Virus record (IMG/VR): IMGVR_UViG_3300045993_000281
Location: 33,091-97,090 of that record
Length of the DNA stretch: 64,000 nucleotides
Direction: 5' to 3' (one strand)
From: a virus
Taxonomy: Duplodnaviria > Heunggongvirae > Uroviricota > Caudoviricetes
Under the pieces are notes generated by a model that searched no databases, was not told the origin of the DNA, and saw only the letters and a list, made by a program, of their open reading frames with translations. A program made the translations under genes and the position numbers. This document shows positions 20,539 through 30,191 of this stretch, piece by piece. Each line of letters begins with the position of its first letter. The first letter of the stretch is position 1.

Positions 20539-20712
20539 TTGTGTTCCTAGGGGTTAATCGTGGAGCCGTTCCTAATAGGTAGGACGGCATTCTAGCGGCA
20601 ATCTGTCTGCCAGCGGTGATTGTCAAGATTGCTATAGTATCGAAAATACCATTACTACTGGCACTTCGACCAGACACTCCTATGCCAAGTAGACTTATTC
20701 GTCTTGATCTTA

Positions 20713-22923
20713 TCATAGTCGTGTTACCGTGGTCGAAGGGCCGGTTGTAATTATCGTTTGATGCACTGTGCCAGCATCTCTACTATTATTGGTATCATTA
20801 ATAACTGCAGGATTACCCTGGACTAGCCCATTAATGAGCGCCAATTCAGACAATCTTAGTAGTTCTGGAGACAGCTCAGTACGAACTGCTACCGCCAGTT
20901 CTGCAGGTGTCATATTAAATAGTCCTTGTAGAGCAACATACATTTGATAAAGTTGCACTTCTGTCAGCGGCGTGAACACTGTTACTGACATGTCAGAAGT
21001 AGACGCGTTCTGAGAGGCAGTCAATGTTCCCTGTATTAGGGTAGAGGCTACGTTAGCGTTTATAATGCTAGTATTCGCAGCCCCTAGACTTTGCAGGATT
21101 GCAGCTATTGCAACAGAGCCTGATACGATAATCGTATCTGTGGCGGATGTTACGCTAGCGCTGCCTGAAATGCCAACGCCAGCAGATATGGATACACCTC
21201 CCTTCGATTGGACTGAAACAATCGTTCCGGCAAGCAATAACGTCGAAGCTATCGAGGACGTTTGCTTTGCACTTACAATAGTCATGCCGCCCGTTATGGC
21301 CGCAGCACTGGCAATGCTAGATGTATTTGCCGCTTGTGTAGCTGCAACTGTCCCTGCACTGCCACTTGCAACACTTGCCGAGATACTTGATGTGTTGGCC
21401 GCAGCAACCCTTACGATGGAACCCGCAACAGAAACTCCAGAGTTAACAACTGAGGTGTTCTTTTGTTGCAGCGAGGACATACCGCCTTGCACCGCATTTG
21501 CAGCGTTGATGACAGAGGTATTAGCCGTTTGTGTTGCAGCCATTCCGCCACTTATGACGTTTGAGCCAGTGATCGCAGTTGTGTTCGCATTTTGGGTTCT
21601 AGCTTCAGTGCCACTAATAGCATTTGCAGCAGCTATGGCAGAGCTGTTTGCAGCTTGTGTCGCTGCCACTGTCCCTGCTGTGCCTGTAAAGACAGATGCG
21701 TTTATGACCGATGTGTTTGCGACTTGAGTTGCCGCTTCTGTTCCACTAATGGCGTTCGCAGAGTTGATTACGGAAGCGTTCTTGGCTTGCGTTGAGGCTT
21801 CTGTTCCACTAATGGCATTAGCTGAATTGATTACAGAAGTGTTAGCACCCTGTGTAGCTGTTATCGTTGCTGTGAGACCTGGACTCGCTACTGTCGCATT
21901 TATGACAGAAGTGTTTGCGGCTTGTGTTGCAGCTTCTGTTCCACTTATAGCATTCGCAGAATTAATGACCGCTGTGTTCGCAGCTTGTGTTGCAGCCTCA
22001 GCGCCACTGATAGCGTTAGCAGAGTTGATTACTGATGTGTTAGCAGCCTGTGTCGATGCTACTGCACCTGAAGCACCAGACGAAGGGATGCTAAATATTA
22101 CAATCGATGAGTTGTAAGTGCCAGAGCCCGCCCACGTCCAACCGCCTGTTTGTGCTGCCGTAGCGTATACTACCTTATAACTGGAATTGCCGCAGGCGTG
22201 TGTCGCGTTGTCCGCCGTAGTAGCTATTGCTGAGAACCCCGTTGTCGCTGGAGATGACAACGCACTGATTCCGCTACCACCGTCGTCAAGGACGATTTGG
22301 GCAATAACAAGGGCATCAGCTTGTGTATTACTGACCGATGGCGTCGTTGCAGACGTTGCGGTTAATCCTTCGTTCGTGCTGTGAACGTCCAATACGCCCG
22401 TAACCGCAAGTGAAAACTCGCTGATCTCTGCCTCTGCATAACTACTAGCAGCGAAATTAACCGTAGCGCTCTCTGTACCACCTGCTGGACTTGCCTTGTA
22501 GAAAGTACCTGTTAGGTGATAAAAGGTGCCAGTTTGGTTTACGCCAGCGGCAGCTTCTGCAACAGACCAACCAGCAGGGGTTGCTATGGCAGTAGGGAAT
22601 GCGGCCTGGGTTAGTCTGACTGTGAGAACAACGAGATTTCCCGCCGTTACGCCAGCCAGAGATGGAGCAATTGACGCCACATTGTCTGCGTATAGCTGTG
22701 TAGATTTTTGAACGAATACAATGCCACTCTTAGCAGTGATCGCACTGGTTTGTGCAGCCTGTGTTCGCGCTACCGTACCTGACAAAGATAGTGTAGCCGC
22801 CACAACAGACGTGTTCTTAGTTTGGGTAGAAGCAATAGTGCCAAGGGCTGCTCCCCCCGATATGTCGAGGTTGATATCAAACGTGCCAGCACCATTGTCT
22901 ACTAATTTGATATCAAAGGCCAT
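20713..22923 (-). CDS. Fiber-like structural protein with ~14 tandem 21-aa repeats
   Basis: 736 aa. The central region is built of ...ATQAANTSVINSANAISGTEA... units repeated many times with small variations, flanked by distinct N- and C-terminal domains. Confidence 0.6.
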   Translation of the reverse strand: MAFDIKLVDNGAGTFDINLDISGGAALGTIASTQTKNTSVVAATLSLSGTVARTQAAQTSAITAKSGIVFVQKSTQLYADNVASIAPSLAGVTAGNLVVLTVRLTQAAFPTAIATPAGWSVAEAAAGVNQTGTFYHLTGTFYKASPAGGTESATVNFAASSYAEAEISEFSLAVTGVLDVHSTNEGLTATSATTPSVSNTQADALVIAQIVLDDGGSGISALSSPATTGFSAIATTADNATHACGNSSYKVVYATAAQTGGWTWAGSGTYNSSIVIFSIPSSGASGAVASTQAANTSVINSANAISGAEAATQAANTAVINSANAISGTEAATQAANTSVINATVASPGLTATITATQGANTSVINSANAISGTEASTQAKNASVINSANAISGTEAATQVANTSVINASVFTGTAGTVAATQAANSSAIAAANAISGTEARTQNANTTAITGSNVISGGMAATQTANTSVINAANAVQGGMSSLQQKNTSVVNSGVSVAGSIVRVAAANTSSISASVASGSAGTVAATQAANTSSIASAAAITGGMTIVSAKQTSSIASTLLLAGTIVSVQSKGGVSISAGVGISGSASVTSATDTIIVSGSVAIAAILQSLGAANTSIINANVASTLIQGTLTASQNASTSDMSVTVFTPLTEVQLYQMYVALQGLFNMTPAELAVAVRTELSPELLRLSELALINGLVQGNPAVINDTNNSRDAGTVHQTIITTGPSTTVTRL
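21246..22101 (-). repeat. Intragenic tandem repeat (~63-bp period) encoding the 21-aa units of the fiber-like protein
   Basis: The repeated peptide units map to this DNA segment. Ala-rich artefact ORFs on the plus strand (21065-21727, 21749-22117) are a by-product. Confidence 0.7.
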
Positions 22924-22924
22924 A

Positions 22925-24862
22925 TTATACCGCCACGCCGTTAGCGGAGCGCCCTATGTGAGTTCCATCTTCAAATGCTTCCGTATAGACTTGCCCGACG
23001 TTGTCATACCAAACGATCGAGTATGCCCCATCACCTACCCTGCTAGTACCACCGACCTCTGCACCATCTGAAATTCGATGTGCATCGATAGTCACTGTAC
23101 CGCCAGCACTGGTTGTAATAGCACCGCCAATAGCGAACGTAATTGCATGGTAAGTAAAGAACATGCTCATCTGGAAGATAATAGCGGCAGTAAGACCACA
23201 ATCAAATCGGTAGTCCCTTGCCGTTTCTAGATTGCACCCGCCAGAAGTATCTTGAGGCCAACGTAAGAACTCATCCAATGTAGCCCCGTAGGACTGCATA
23301 ATACCGACTTCAGCATCAGATTCAAAGAGTCCAGTATAGACGGCTTTCCATCCTGCTTGTGAGCCCTCACCAGTTTGTCTTTCAAGAAGACAACTATAAC
23401 CGAGAGTCGATGCGGTAGTACCTGAGGTCAACGTTATTATGTCGAGCCCGATACCATTCAGCCAATGATCGACTTCGGGTATGATAGGTACTTGCGCCGG
23501 AACCACTTGTAACCTTTGAACGAGACCGCCTGTTGCGTATGGACGAATACAATACTGAACTGTATGATTATGCACCCCATCGCCACTTGCGTGTAAGTTT
23601 GATGTATAGTTAATATATGCAATACCTGACACAGCAGAGGCAATGTTACCGGCAGTCGCAGAAGTGCTAAATGAGTCTACATCGAATGCATTCACGCCTC
23701 TGGCAATGGTGAAAGCGGCTACAGCGCCTGACTCACCAGCATCAATACGACGCATATGTTGCATCCCGCCACAGTGGGCAGAAGCAGCATGGGTGTACGT
23801 ACGTGTAGCTTGACCGCCTGACCTTACGTCCATTGTAATTGCGCCAGAGCATATAGCAGTTATTGCTATTGCTGACTGAACAAGAACAGGTGTGCCTGGC
23901 TCTTCAATATAGAACTCTCTGTGGAACCTTGATTTGTCACCTGTAGCTATGCCGCCATTAAGAGCAGGCTCGCTATCCAGTGGTAATTGAATCGAATTCA
24001 AAACTGACGTGGTCGTGCTATGGTCATACTCATATGTCACAACCAATACGCCACTTAAGCATGGACACGGTTTACCTGTAGCTGATGTGGCTTTAGCTTG
24101 CAAGTTACCTGCAGCAGATGTGCTAAGAGATGCAGTTAAATCGTCAATGCGACGATAGAAGGTGTCACTGTTAAGTGTATGTCCCCATGTAAGATCAGAG
24201 ACAGTAGTAGTGCCACCATCATAGCTAATATCAAGGGTACTTGCAGCTGCAACAGTAGTGCCTGTATGAGTCGTCCACTCGAAGAATATAGAGCGGTATA
24301 CCTTAGTTGCCTCTGGGAGGAAAGTGCTAAGGTTTGGTATCTGGTTAGCGACACCACCTAAGTTAGCAAAGGTAGTTGTCAAAGCACCAATGTTACCATC
24401 AATTGGTATCTTGACTGTCTTAATACGAGTTGTCTGAGCAGTGTCAGAGTATTCGTAAGTCAAGATTAGTTTGGCGTAGGCATTCTGTGTAGCCACGCCT
24501 GTAACAGTCATTGCTGCTGTTATGGAATGCGACGTGCCTGTAAAGTTAGTAACGAAGTATGCTGTAACGTCCTTACGCCATTCCCATGACTGATTCTCGC
24601 CTGAGTTAACAGGGGTCATTGTCACAGTAGCAGTAGAGACAGCAACAGCGTCTACTTGAATACTTAATGCAACTGCAGTCATAGACGCAGCTACACCGAC
24701 GTTGTCAACACAGCCATATACTATCGTGGCTGATCTAATTGTACGTGATGTGTTCTCAGGTATGCTGACTGTCTTAGCTGTAAATGTTCTTGCCACAGCA
24801 GTTGCCACCGACGCTGTACTCTGAGGAAAGGCATACTCTACTGTCTTTAATCGTTGTGCCAT
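22925..24862 (-). CDS. Large Thr/Ser/Gly-rich structural protein (tail fiber or receptor-binding candidate)
   Basis: 645 aa, translationally coupled to the repeat fiber gene (stop/start 22923/22925). Confidence 0.5.
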   Translation of the reverse strand: MAQRLKTVEYAFPQSTASVATAVARTFTAKTVSIPENTSRTIRSATIVYGCVDNVGVAASMTAVALSIQVDAVAVSTATVTMTPVNSGENQSWEWRKDVTAYFVTNFTGTSHSITAAMTVTGVATQNAYAKLILTYEYSDTAQTTRIKTVKIPIDGNIGALTTTFANLGGVANQIPNLSTFLPEATKVYRSIFFEWTTHTGTTVAAASTLDISYDGGTTTVSDLTWGHTLNSDTFYRRIDDLTASLSTSAAGNLQAKATSATGKPCPCLSGVLVVTYEYDHSTTTSVLNSIQLPLDSEPALNGGIATGDKSRFHREFYIEEPGTPVLVQSAIAITAICSGAITMDVRSGGQATRTYTHAASAHCGGMQHMRRIDAGESGAVAAFTIARGVNAFDVDSFSTSATAGNIASAVSGIAYINYTSNLHASGDGVHNHTVQYCIRPYATGGLVQRLQVVPAQVPIIPEVDHWLNGIGLDIITLTSGTTASTLGYSCLLERQTGEGSQAGWKAVYTGLFESDAEVGIMQSYGATLDEFLRWPQDTSGGCNLETARDYRFDCGLTAAIIFQMSMFFTYHAITFAIGGAITTSAGGTVTIDAHRISDGAEVGGTSRVGDGAYSIVWYDNVGQVYTEAFEDGTHIGRSANGVAV

Positions 24863-24864
24863 TG

Positions 24865-25197
24865 TTATTCTCCAGTGTATGGCGGTAGATCACGCCTAAC
24901 AACTTTCACTAAAATCCTTTCGACAGGTATAGCCGTATATTCAACCATAACCTTCCATTCTTCAGAAAGTATCTGGTGTCTAAATCCTGCCCTGCCATCG
25001 AAATCGGTAATGGCAGCATCAATACATTCTGCTATTTGTGTTGCTAGTAATGATAGTGCCATGTTAGTGCTCCTAATAAGAAAGTTGGAAGGGTCACCTT
25101 TCAGTAACCCTTCGGGCTTTACGACTAGTCTAATACGATTAGTTAGCGTTCGTAAATGTGTTCGTGCCAGTGATAGATACGGTTTGACCAGTTGCAA
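24865..25197 (-). CDS. Hypothetical protein
   Basis: 110-aa ORF; its 5' end overlaps the upstream gene by 59 nt, so the true start may be internal. Confidence 0.3.
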   Translation of the reverse strand: MQLVKPYLSLARTHLRTLTNRIRLVVKPEGLLKGDPSNFLIRSTNMALSLLATQIAECIDAAITDFDGRAGFRHQILSEEWKVMVEYTAIPVERILVKVVRRDLPPYTGE

Positions 25198-25558
25198 TGT
25201 TGGTATTGTTAATGTTAAGGTCGCAGGCAGAGATACCTACAGTGCCATCAATATGAGCAGTAGCACCGCCAGACACTGTCATCCTGAACCACGTACATAC
25301 AGTACCTGCACCTGCTCCTGCAGTGCCTGTGCCGTTAGCAATAGCGTTCAGTGTAAGGACACCTACAGCTGCAGCAGGGGCAAACGTAGCATTCATGATA
25401 CATGTAGCAAGCAAGACTTGAGCGCCAACAGCTGTATCTGGGTTAGCAGGTTGTGCGCCTGAATAGAGCCGCAATTCACCAGATGCCCCAATACGTGTAG
25501 TCAACGCGTCCATCTGCAAATTCTTGAGAGAAGCAGAGTATTTAAGATTTGATGCCAT
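25139..25558 (-). CDS. Hypothetical Gly/Thr/Ala-rich protein
   Basis: 139 aa. Confidence 0.45.
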   Translation of the reverse strand: MASNLKYSASLKNLQMDALTTRIGASGELRLYSGAQPANPDTAVGAQVLLATCIMNATFAPAAAVGVLTLNAIANGTGTAGAGAGTVCTWFRMTVSGGATAHIDGTVGISACDLNINNTNIATGQTVSITGTNTFTNAN

Positions 25559-25559
25559 T

Positions 25560-25814
25560 TCAGTTCCTTATAATTTGTTGATGTAAGAGTTCATTCTCAG
25601 CTCGCAACGCGTTATTTGCTAAGATTAGTCGATCGTTTTCTTCACGTAATGAGGTTATTATTGAACCGTACGCATTAGAAGTGGACTCACCTGCCTTGTC
25701 TTCGCGGAGATCTTTTCGAGTGCTTAGATACGTCTTGAAGCCGTACAATACTGCTAATATTAAACCAGCAATAGCAGCCTGCCAGCCCTTTACGAAGACA
25801 CTCAGGTCATCCAT
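25560..25814 (-). CDS. Small membrane protein with one TM helix plus a coiled coil (holin/antiholin- or spanin-like candidate)
   Basis: 84 aa; N-terminal hydrophobic helix (WQAAIAGLILAVLYGF), then a charged coiled coil. Confidence 0.4.
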   Translation of the reverse strand: MDDLSVFVKGWQAAIAGLILAVLYGFKTYLSTRKDLREDKAGESTSNAYGSIITSLREENDRLILANNALRAENELLHQQIIRN

Positions 25815-25815
25815 G

Positions 25816-26235
25816 CTATCCCCTTTCTTTGGGTAGCGCCAGTATGTTCATTGAAGATAATACCAACATGACTGCACAGGCTGCAAAAGCTGCAGCTGGT
25901 AGTTGAGGGAGAAACATGAATAGGCCGACGACAGTGTATATCCATAAAAAGGACATAGCTACATCAGCTAACTTGCTCCACATGTTGGCAACCACTTGTC
26001 TGCAAGTATGTACTAGAGAGTACAAACAAATTACAACACCAGTAGCAGCCCATACGTCTTCTGGTATAAAGCTGAGAGGCTGATAGACCCGCCCTAATGC
26101 TTGCTCATACCAGAGTACCACTAAACAAAAGATAAATGTACCCAGTATTGTGGCCAACCTTGCAACTAGATTGGCACCACTTAGCGTCTTGTGAGGGTAC
26201 ATTCGAAACATCGGTGTAATTTCCATCGTGTTCAT
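25816..26235 (-). CDS. Multi-pass membrane protein (holin-like candidate)
   Basis: 139 aa with about four hydrophobic helices; encoded directly after the terminase genes. Confidence 0.4.
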   Translation of the reverse strand: MNTMEITPMFRMYPHKTLSGANLVARLATILGTFIFCLVVLWYEQALGRVYQPLSFIPEDVWAATGVVICLYSLVHTCRQVVANMWSKLADVAMSFLWIYTVVGLFMFLPQLPAAAFAACAVMLVLSSMNILALPKERG

Positions 26236-26249
26236 TTAAACTCCATAAA

Positions 26250-27596
26250 TTAAAAACCGAAGCCTCGACCACTGGTTTTGTGTCCCGATAAAATTGGGAA
26301 AAGATATTCAGTTGAGTATCGAATGCCGTCTGAGAAGTGCTCGACACCCTCAGTTTTGTCTATAGTGAGTGTATCGGGGTTCTTGTCAACCCAGGAGGTA
26401 CGCTCTAGGGATGTAATAATGCCACTACATGAGGGGAGCGCAAACATGTTACACTCACCAGCTGCAGTCATTAACATACGATTTACAGCGGCTACACTGT
26501 CTACAATAGCAGGTGATTTGTTACGTGCCCTTAGAATGTAATTAAAGGGCTGACCTGATAATATTGTAAAGTCAGTAACACCTACAGGTGCGCTTGTTTT
26601 TCTCGATTTACCCGTTGGATCTGGGTATACGAATATTCTTGGATGTTTATCTTTAGGATACCGGCCTCTTATTGCAATAGCAAGTGTTTCTGTATCAGGA
26701 TGCCCTTTGAACTCGTCAATGAAGTGCATTTGTTTACCCCGTAAGGCAAACACGCTACTACACTGCAGACCTACGTTAAAGTCAATCCCGATATGAACGT
26801 CCTCACCCTCAGCGAATGGAGGGATATCTTTTCTAACATGAATCTTTCGATTAAAGCAATAGAATACATTATTACCTGAGTCTTCAAATGAGGCCTTGTA
26901 CTCTCGTGCGAATCTGATAGGATCAATCGTATGTCTGATTTTCTCTATCTCATCGGGGTCGAGCAAGGGTGATTGTGTATAATCGAAATGATATGATTTA
27001 TAACTCTTGTCGAGCTCTTGCATATTAAACATATCATACAAGAAATTGAAGCCTGTCGGTGTGCCAATAGTTAGCGACCGTCCTGGACTCTTAGCGCCAA
27101 AGAATTTAGCCCTCATAGGAGACCAACGAGTAGATATACAAGGTTGTATAACTGCTTGCCAAGCTTCCTTAAAGCCTAATCCCTTTGTCCATGAACAGGG
27201 TTCGTCATTAACTACAAAATAAGCGCCCTTACCACGCATGCGCTCAACGGCCTCAAACGAAACCATTCGTAGTTCTACATTCTTGGGAAACCAAAGCTTC
27301 CCATCGAACTTACTATGTTTTGATACATAACTCTCCATTCCTAATTGATACATTAACAATGGATAGTAAATGTCTGTCACTTGATCGAATGTTGGTGCTA
27401 TAATGTAGACGTGCTTATTAGGAACACTCTCGTCTAACTCTAGCAATTCAGTAATAGCTGTAATGGCAGCAACTCCTGCCATATGAGACTTACCCCAGCC
27501 ACGAGAGGTCACAGCTACTGCATTAAGGACGTTCTTATCAACGAACATATCCTTAAATATTGTCGACTGGCCTGGGTGGAGTAGAATATTAGACAT
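26250..27596 (-). CDS. terL: Terminase large subunit
   Basis: 448 aa. Walker A-like AVTSRGWGKSHMA, Walker B-like YFVVNDEP, and a C-terminal nuclease-like acidic region. Confidence 0.85.
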   Translation of the reverse strand: MSNILLHPGQSTIFKDMFVDKNVLNAVAVTSRGWGKSHMAGVAAITAITELLELDESVPNKHVYIIAPTFDQVTDIYYPLLMYQLGMESYVSKHSKFDGKLWFPKNVELRMVSFEAVERMRGKGAYFVVNDEPCSWTKGLGFKEAWQAVIQPCISTRWSPMRAKFFGAKSPGRSLTIGTPTGFNFLYDMFNMQELDKSYKSYHFDYTQSPLLDPDEIEKIRHTIDPIRFAREYKASFEDSGNNVFYCFNRKIHVRKDIPPFAEGEDVHIGIDFNVGLQCSSVFALRGKQMHFIDEFKGHPDTETLAIAIRGRYPKDKHPRIFVYPDPTGKSRKTSAPVGVTDFTILSGQPFNYILRARNKSPAIVDSVAAVNRMLMTAAGECNMFALPSCSGIITSLERTSWVDKNPDTLTIDKTEGVEHFSDGIRYSTEYLFPILSGHKTSGRGFGF

Positions 27597-28060
27597 TATT
27601 CGTTCGGGCCTCTCATTGGAGTCTCGGCATCGGGGTCAGCTGCACTTGCAACTTCGAGTTCTTGTTCGCGTAAGATTAAAGTCGATGTATCAAACTCAAC
27701 CTTAGAGCCAGTCAGATTAATCTGAAGGGCTGGCATGGGTTTGCCCTCGCCCATTGTTGATTCGGGCGTCCTGGCGTAACCATAACGCATTAATTCTGTG
27801 ACACATTTCTGTTTTGTAGAAAGTAAATTCGAATAGGCTATCTGAGAGTACCCTCTAGAATTACCGTCTTCATCGACAGCAGTTGTCATTTCTTCTAATT
27901 GAGTATTTATATCATCATGTAGCTTGATCATCTCAGCGATAGGATCAAAACCTAGCTCTTCCAGCTTCTTAGCCGCTCTGCGGGATGCTATATTAACACT
28001 TCCGGTCGGTCTGCCGGTACGCCTTATCGCTGGAACTGGGCGAACATCGGGATTAGCCAT
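27596..28060 (-). CDS. Terminase small subunit candidate
   Basis: 154-aa basic N-terminus (RRTGRPTG... helix-turn-helix-like); its stop overlaps the large terminase start. Confidence 0.5.
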   Translation of the reverse strand: MANPDVRPVPAIRRTGRPTGSVNIASRRAAKKLEELGFDPIAEMIKLHDDINTQLEEMTTAVDEDGNSRGYSQIAYSNLLSTKQKCVTELMRYGYARTPESTMGEGKPMPALQINLTGSKVEFDTSTLILREQELEVASAADPDAETPMRGPNE

Positions 28061-28207
28061 TTATTTGTCTCAGTTGGTTATATGGAATGAATTCTCTGGG
28101 GACAGGCGGCGATATACTTAAACCACCTGCTAAAACGCTCTTTAAAACTTTACGAGGAACTCTCAACAAGAAATGTGAAGAGTTCCTTCCAAAGTTCTAC
28201 TTAAAGG

Positions 28208-28492
28208 CTAACCTCCAACAACACTGAAGCTAACATAGAACTGCTTTCCAACTAATCCTGGAAGCTTATCTACGAGTTCAGGATTCATAATAGTTGCAGT
28301 GAACTCTGCTTGTGGTGTATTTTCACCAAAGATCGCGTTCTCAGACTTCCTTTGATTCTCCTGACTTCCTTCCCACACTGCTCCAAATCTAACCTTTGCG
28401 CCGCGCAGTGTAAGGGAATCCTTGACGTACGGAAATACACCGCACTCGTGTAACCACAATTTGCAAAGCATTACTCCGGTATTTTGACTCAT
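28208..28492 (-). CDS. Hypothetical protein
   Basis: 94-aa ORF. Confidence 0.4.
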   Translation of the reverse strand: MSQNTGVMLCKLWLHECGVFPYVKDSLTLRGAKVRFGAVWEGSQENQRKSENAIFGENTPQAEFTATIMNPELVDKLPGLVGKQFYVSFSVVGG

Positions 28493-28591
28493 TTACGTCT
28501 CCTATTAGAACCAGACATGATTATCTTAGTTCAGTTAACAGGCTTCTGTCTTGCCAACTCTTCTTTCAGCCTTAAATTGTTGAATCTCAAA

Positions 28592-29035
28592 TCATAAAAG
28601 TCCGCAGAACTGTCTGTAGACTTCATCAACCTTCGGCGCAAGGTATCCCTGATTGCCACGGCGGGCAAACACACTGAACCCAGCAGGAACAACAAAACTC
28701 CGAGCAAAACATTCTCTAACTGCATCTTCGAACTCCCGCATCTCTTTGCATTTGTAATAGTCTGGTTCGAGTATCTCAATAAAGACACCACCCCTGCGGG
28801 TCTTCATAAAGTAACGTAGGTCATTATGTTTATCGTAACCATAAAGAGACCAGACCTCGAAGTTATCTAGACCTCGCAAATGCTCCAACTCGTAGGCCAC
28901 TTTGTATTGAAGCGGCCCGAGACCTAATGCGCGTGCAACATATACTGCGATTGATGCACGCCCCATCAAGTATACCGGCTTCTTATCCATTAGTTCCTCA
29001 CATAGAGGAACGGGTAGTAGCGGCCTGTACGACAA
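28592..29035 (-). CDS. Hypothetical protein
   Basis: 147-aa ORF. Confidence 0.45.
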   Translation of the reverse strand: MSYRPLLPVPLCEELMDKKPVYLMGRASIAVYVARALGLGPLQYKVAYELEHLRGLDNFEVWSLYGYDKHNDLRYFMKTRRGGVFIEILEPDYYKCKEMREFEDAVRECFARSFVVPAGFSVFARRGNQGYLAPKVDEVYRQFCGLL

Positions 29036-29141
29036 TTAGCATCAAATGTGTAAGTGCAACAGTTATAAACAAACCTGACAGGTGCTGTAATTATACCTCC
29101 GTGCAGCAAAGCTGTAGGCAACTGTTTCCATCTTGACGGGG

Positions 29142-29495
29142 CTAGCATGTCCGTGCTCCTTTTCTCACGCGCTTAATTCTACGCTTAACAGGAACACCAT
29201 TGCCGCCGTTCTTAAGTGGAAAGATTTTAATTTTCTTAACAGGGAAAGGTTCGCCTGCAGCCTTGAGATCTTTTATAATCTTTGCAGCGATATAGCAGGG
29301 TTCACCGCAGGTCACTATGTAGGTAACTTGCCGATTTTGTTTATCAATCTTACCTCTATGTAACTGCCGAGTTACCTTGACAGTGAATTTAGGAGATACA
29401 AACTTGATAGCTTGACGCGCTTCATTGTTGTTAAGAAGCTCAATGCATTGATCCACATATGCGAGCATGCTTGGATCTATTGTGGCAAAGTTCAT
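29142..29495 (-). CDS. Hypothetical protein with a basic C-terminus
   Basis: 117 aa, ending ...KRRIKRVRKGARTC. Confidence 0.45.
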   Translation of the reverse strand: MNFATIDPSMLAYVDQCIELLNNNEARQAIKFVSPKFTVKVTRQLHRGKIDKQNRQVTYIVTCGEPCYIAAKIIKDLKAAGEPFPVKKIKIFPLKNGGNGVPVKRRIKRVRKGARTC

Positions 29496-29509
29496 GGTTA
29501 CGTCCTATA

Positions 29510-29773
29510 TTATGTTCTGAAAGGGATTAATGTTTTGATTCGATGACCGCTATTTATAGGGTTCATCAAGCGAATGTTACGTGGCTTTCGAGGCCATTTG
29601 ACTGTACCTGCTTCTCTACTGATTCTTTGTTTCTCTGTGTCGATTGTCGTAGGCTTAGTTGGTAAGTAGACAGCCGGTCTTTGGGGAAACCAAGGATTAA
29701 TAGCTGTGCTACCTACGTGGTAGTAATACATAACTGTCGTTACTTGTCCACAATCTCCGTAGGCCATGCTCAT
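29510..29773 (-). CDS. Hypothetical protein
   Basis: 87-aa ORF. Confidence 0.4.
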   Translation of the reverse strand: MSMAYGDCGQVTTVMYYYHVGSTAINPWFPQRPAVYLPTKPTTIDTEKQRISREAGTVKWPRKPRNIRLMNPINSGHRIKTLIPFRT

Positions 29774-29774
29774 A

Positions 29775-30191
29775 TTATCCCTTTTGCATTTCCATTGTTA
29801 TATGGAGACCCATAGCGTTACGTGGCCCCTTGTGCGTAAGGTTGGCCTGTGTTTGGGGTTGGAATTGGAAGTCAATGGGCAATCCTGTCTGCTTTGAGAG
29901 GAATTGTGATATAGACACAGTCATCAATATCCAACGTGCATCACATTCCCAGTATTCGCCAGCATCAGGAAACAGTTCAGCAAACCCTGCATCAGACATT
30001 ATCAAGCGCACATCTACATCACGCCAATCAGGGCGTTCTAGACAAGACCCGACGGTGTAACAGCCATAAGCGTCAGCACCGAAGGCCTCATTTATAATTC
30101 TACACTCGCGTTCTAAGATGAACACTGCAGGAGCGCCTATATAACAACCCTTTTTACGCGGTTTGCCTATATCCATATCAACACCCTGCAT
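29775..30191 (-). CDS. Minimal nucleotidyltransferase-fold protein candidate
   Basis: 138 aa with VGSCLERPDWRDVDVRL, matching the G[GS]-x8-12-DxD pattern. Confidence 0.4.
   Translation of the reverse strand: MQGVDMDIGKPRKKGCYIGAPAVFILERECRIINEAFGADAYGCYTVGSCLERPDWRDVDVRLIMSDAGFAELFPDAGEYWECDARWILMTVSISQFLSKQTGLPIDFQFQPQTQANLTHKGPRNAMGLHITMEMQKG

Noticed and set aside
21065-22117. Plus-strand ORFs of 220 and 122 aa inside the fiber gene
   Set aside because: They are Ala-rich repeat artefacts of the antisense of the 63-bp tandem repeats.
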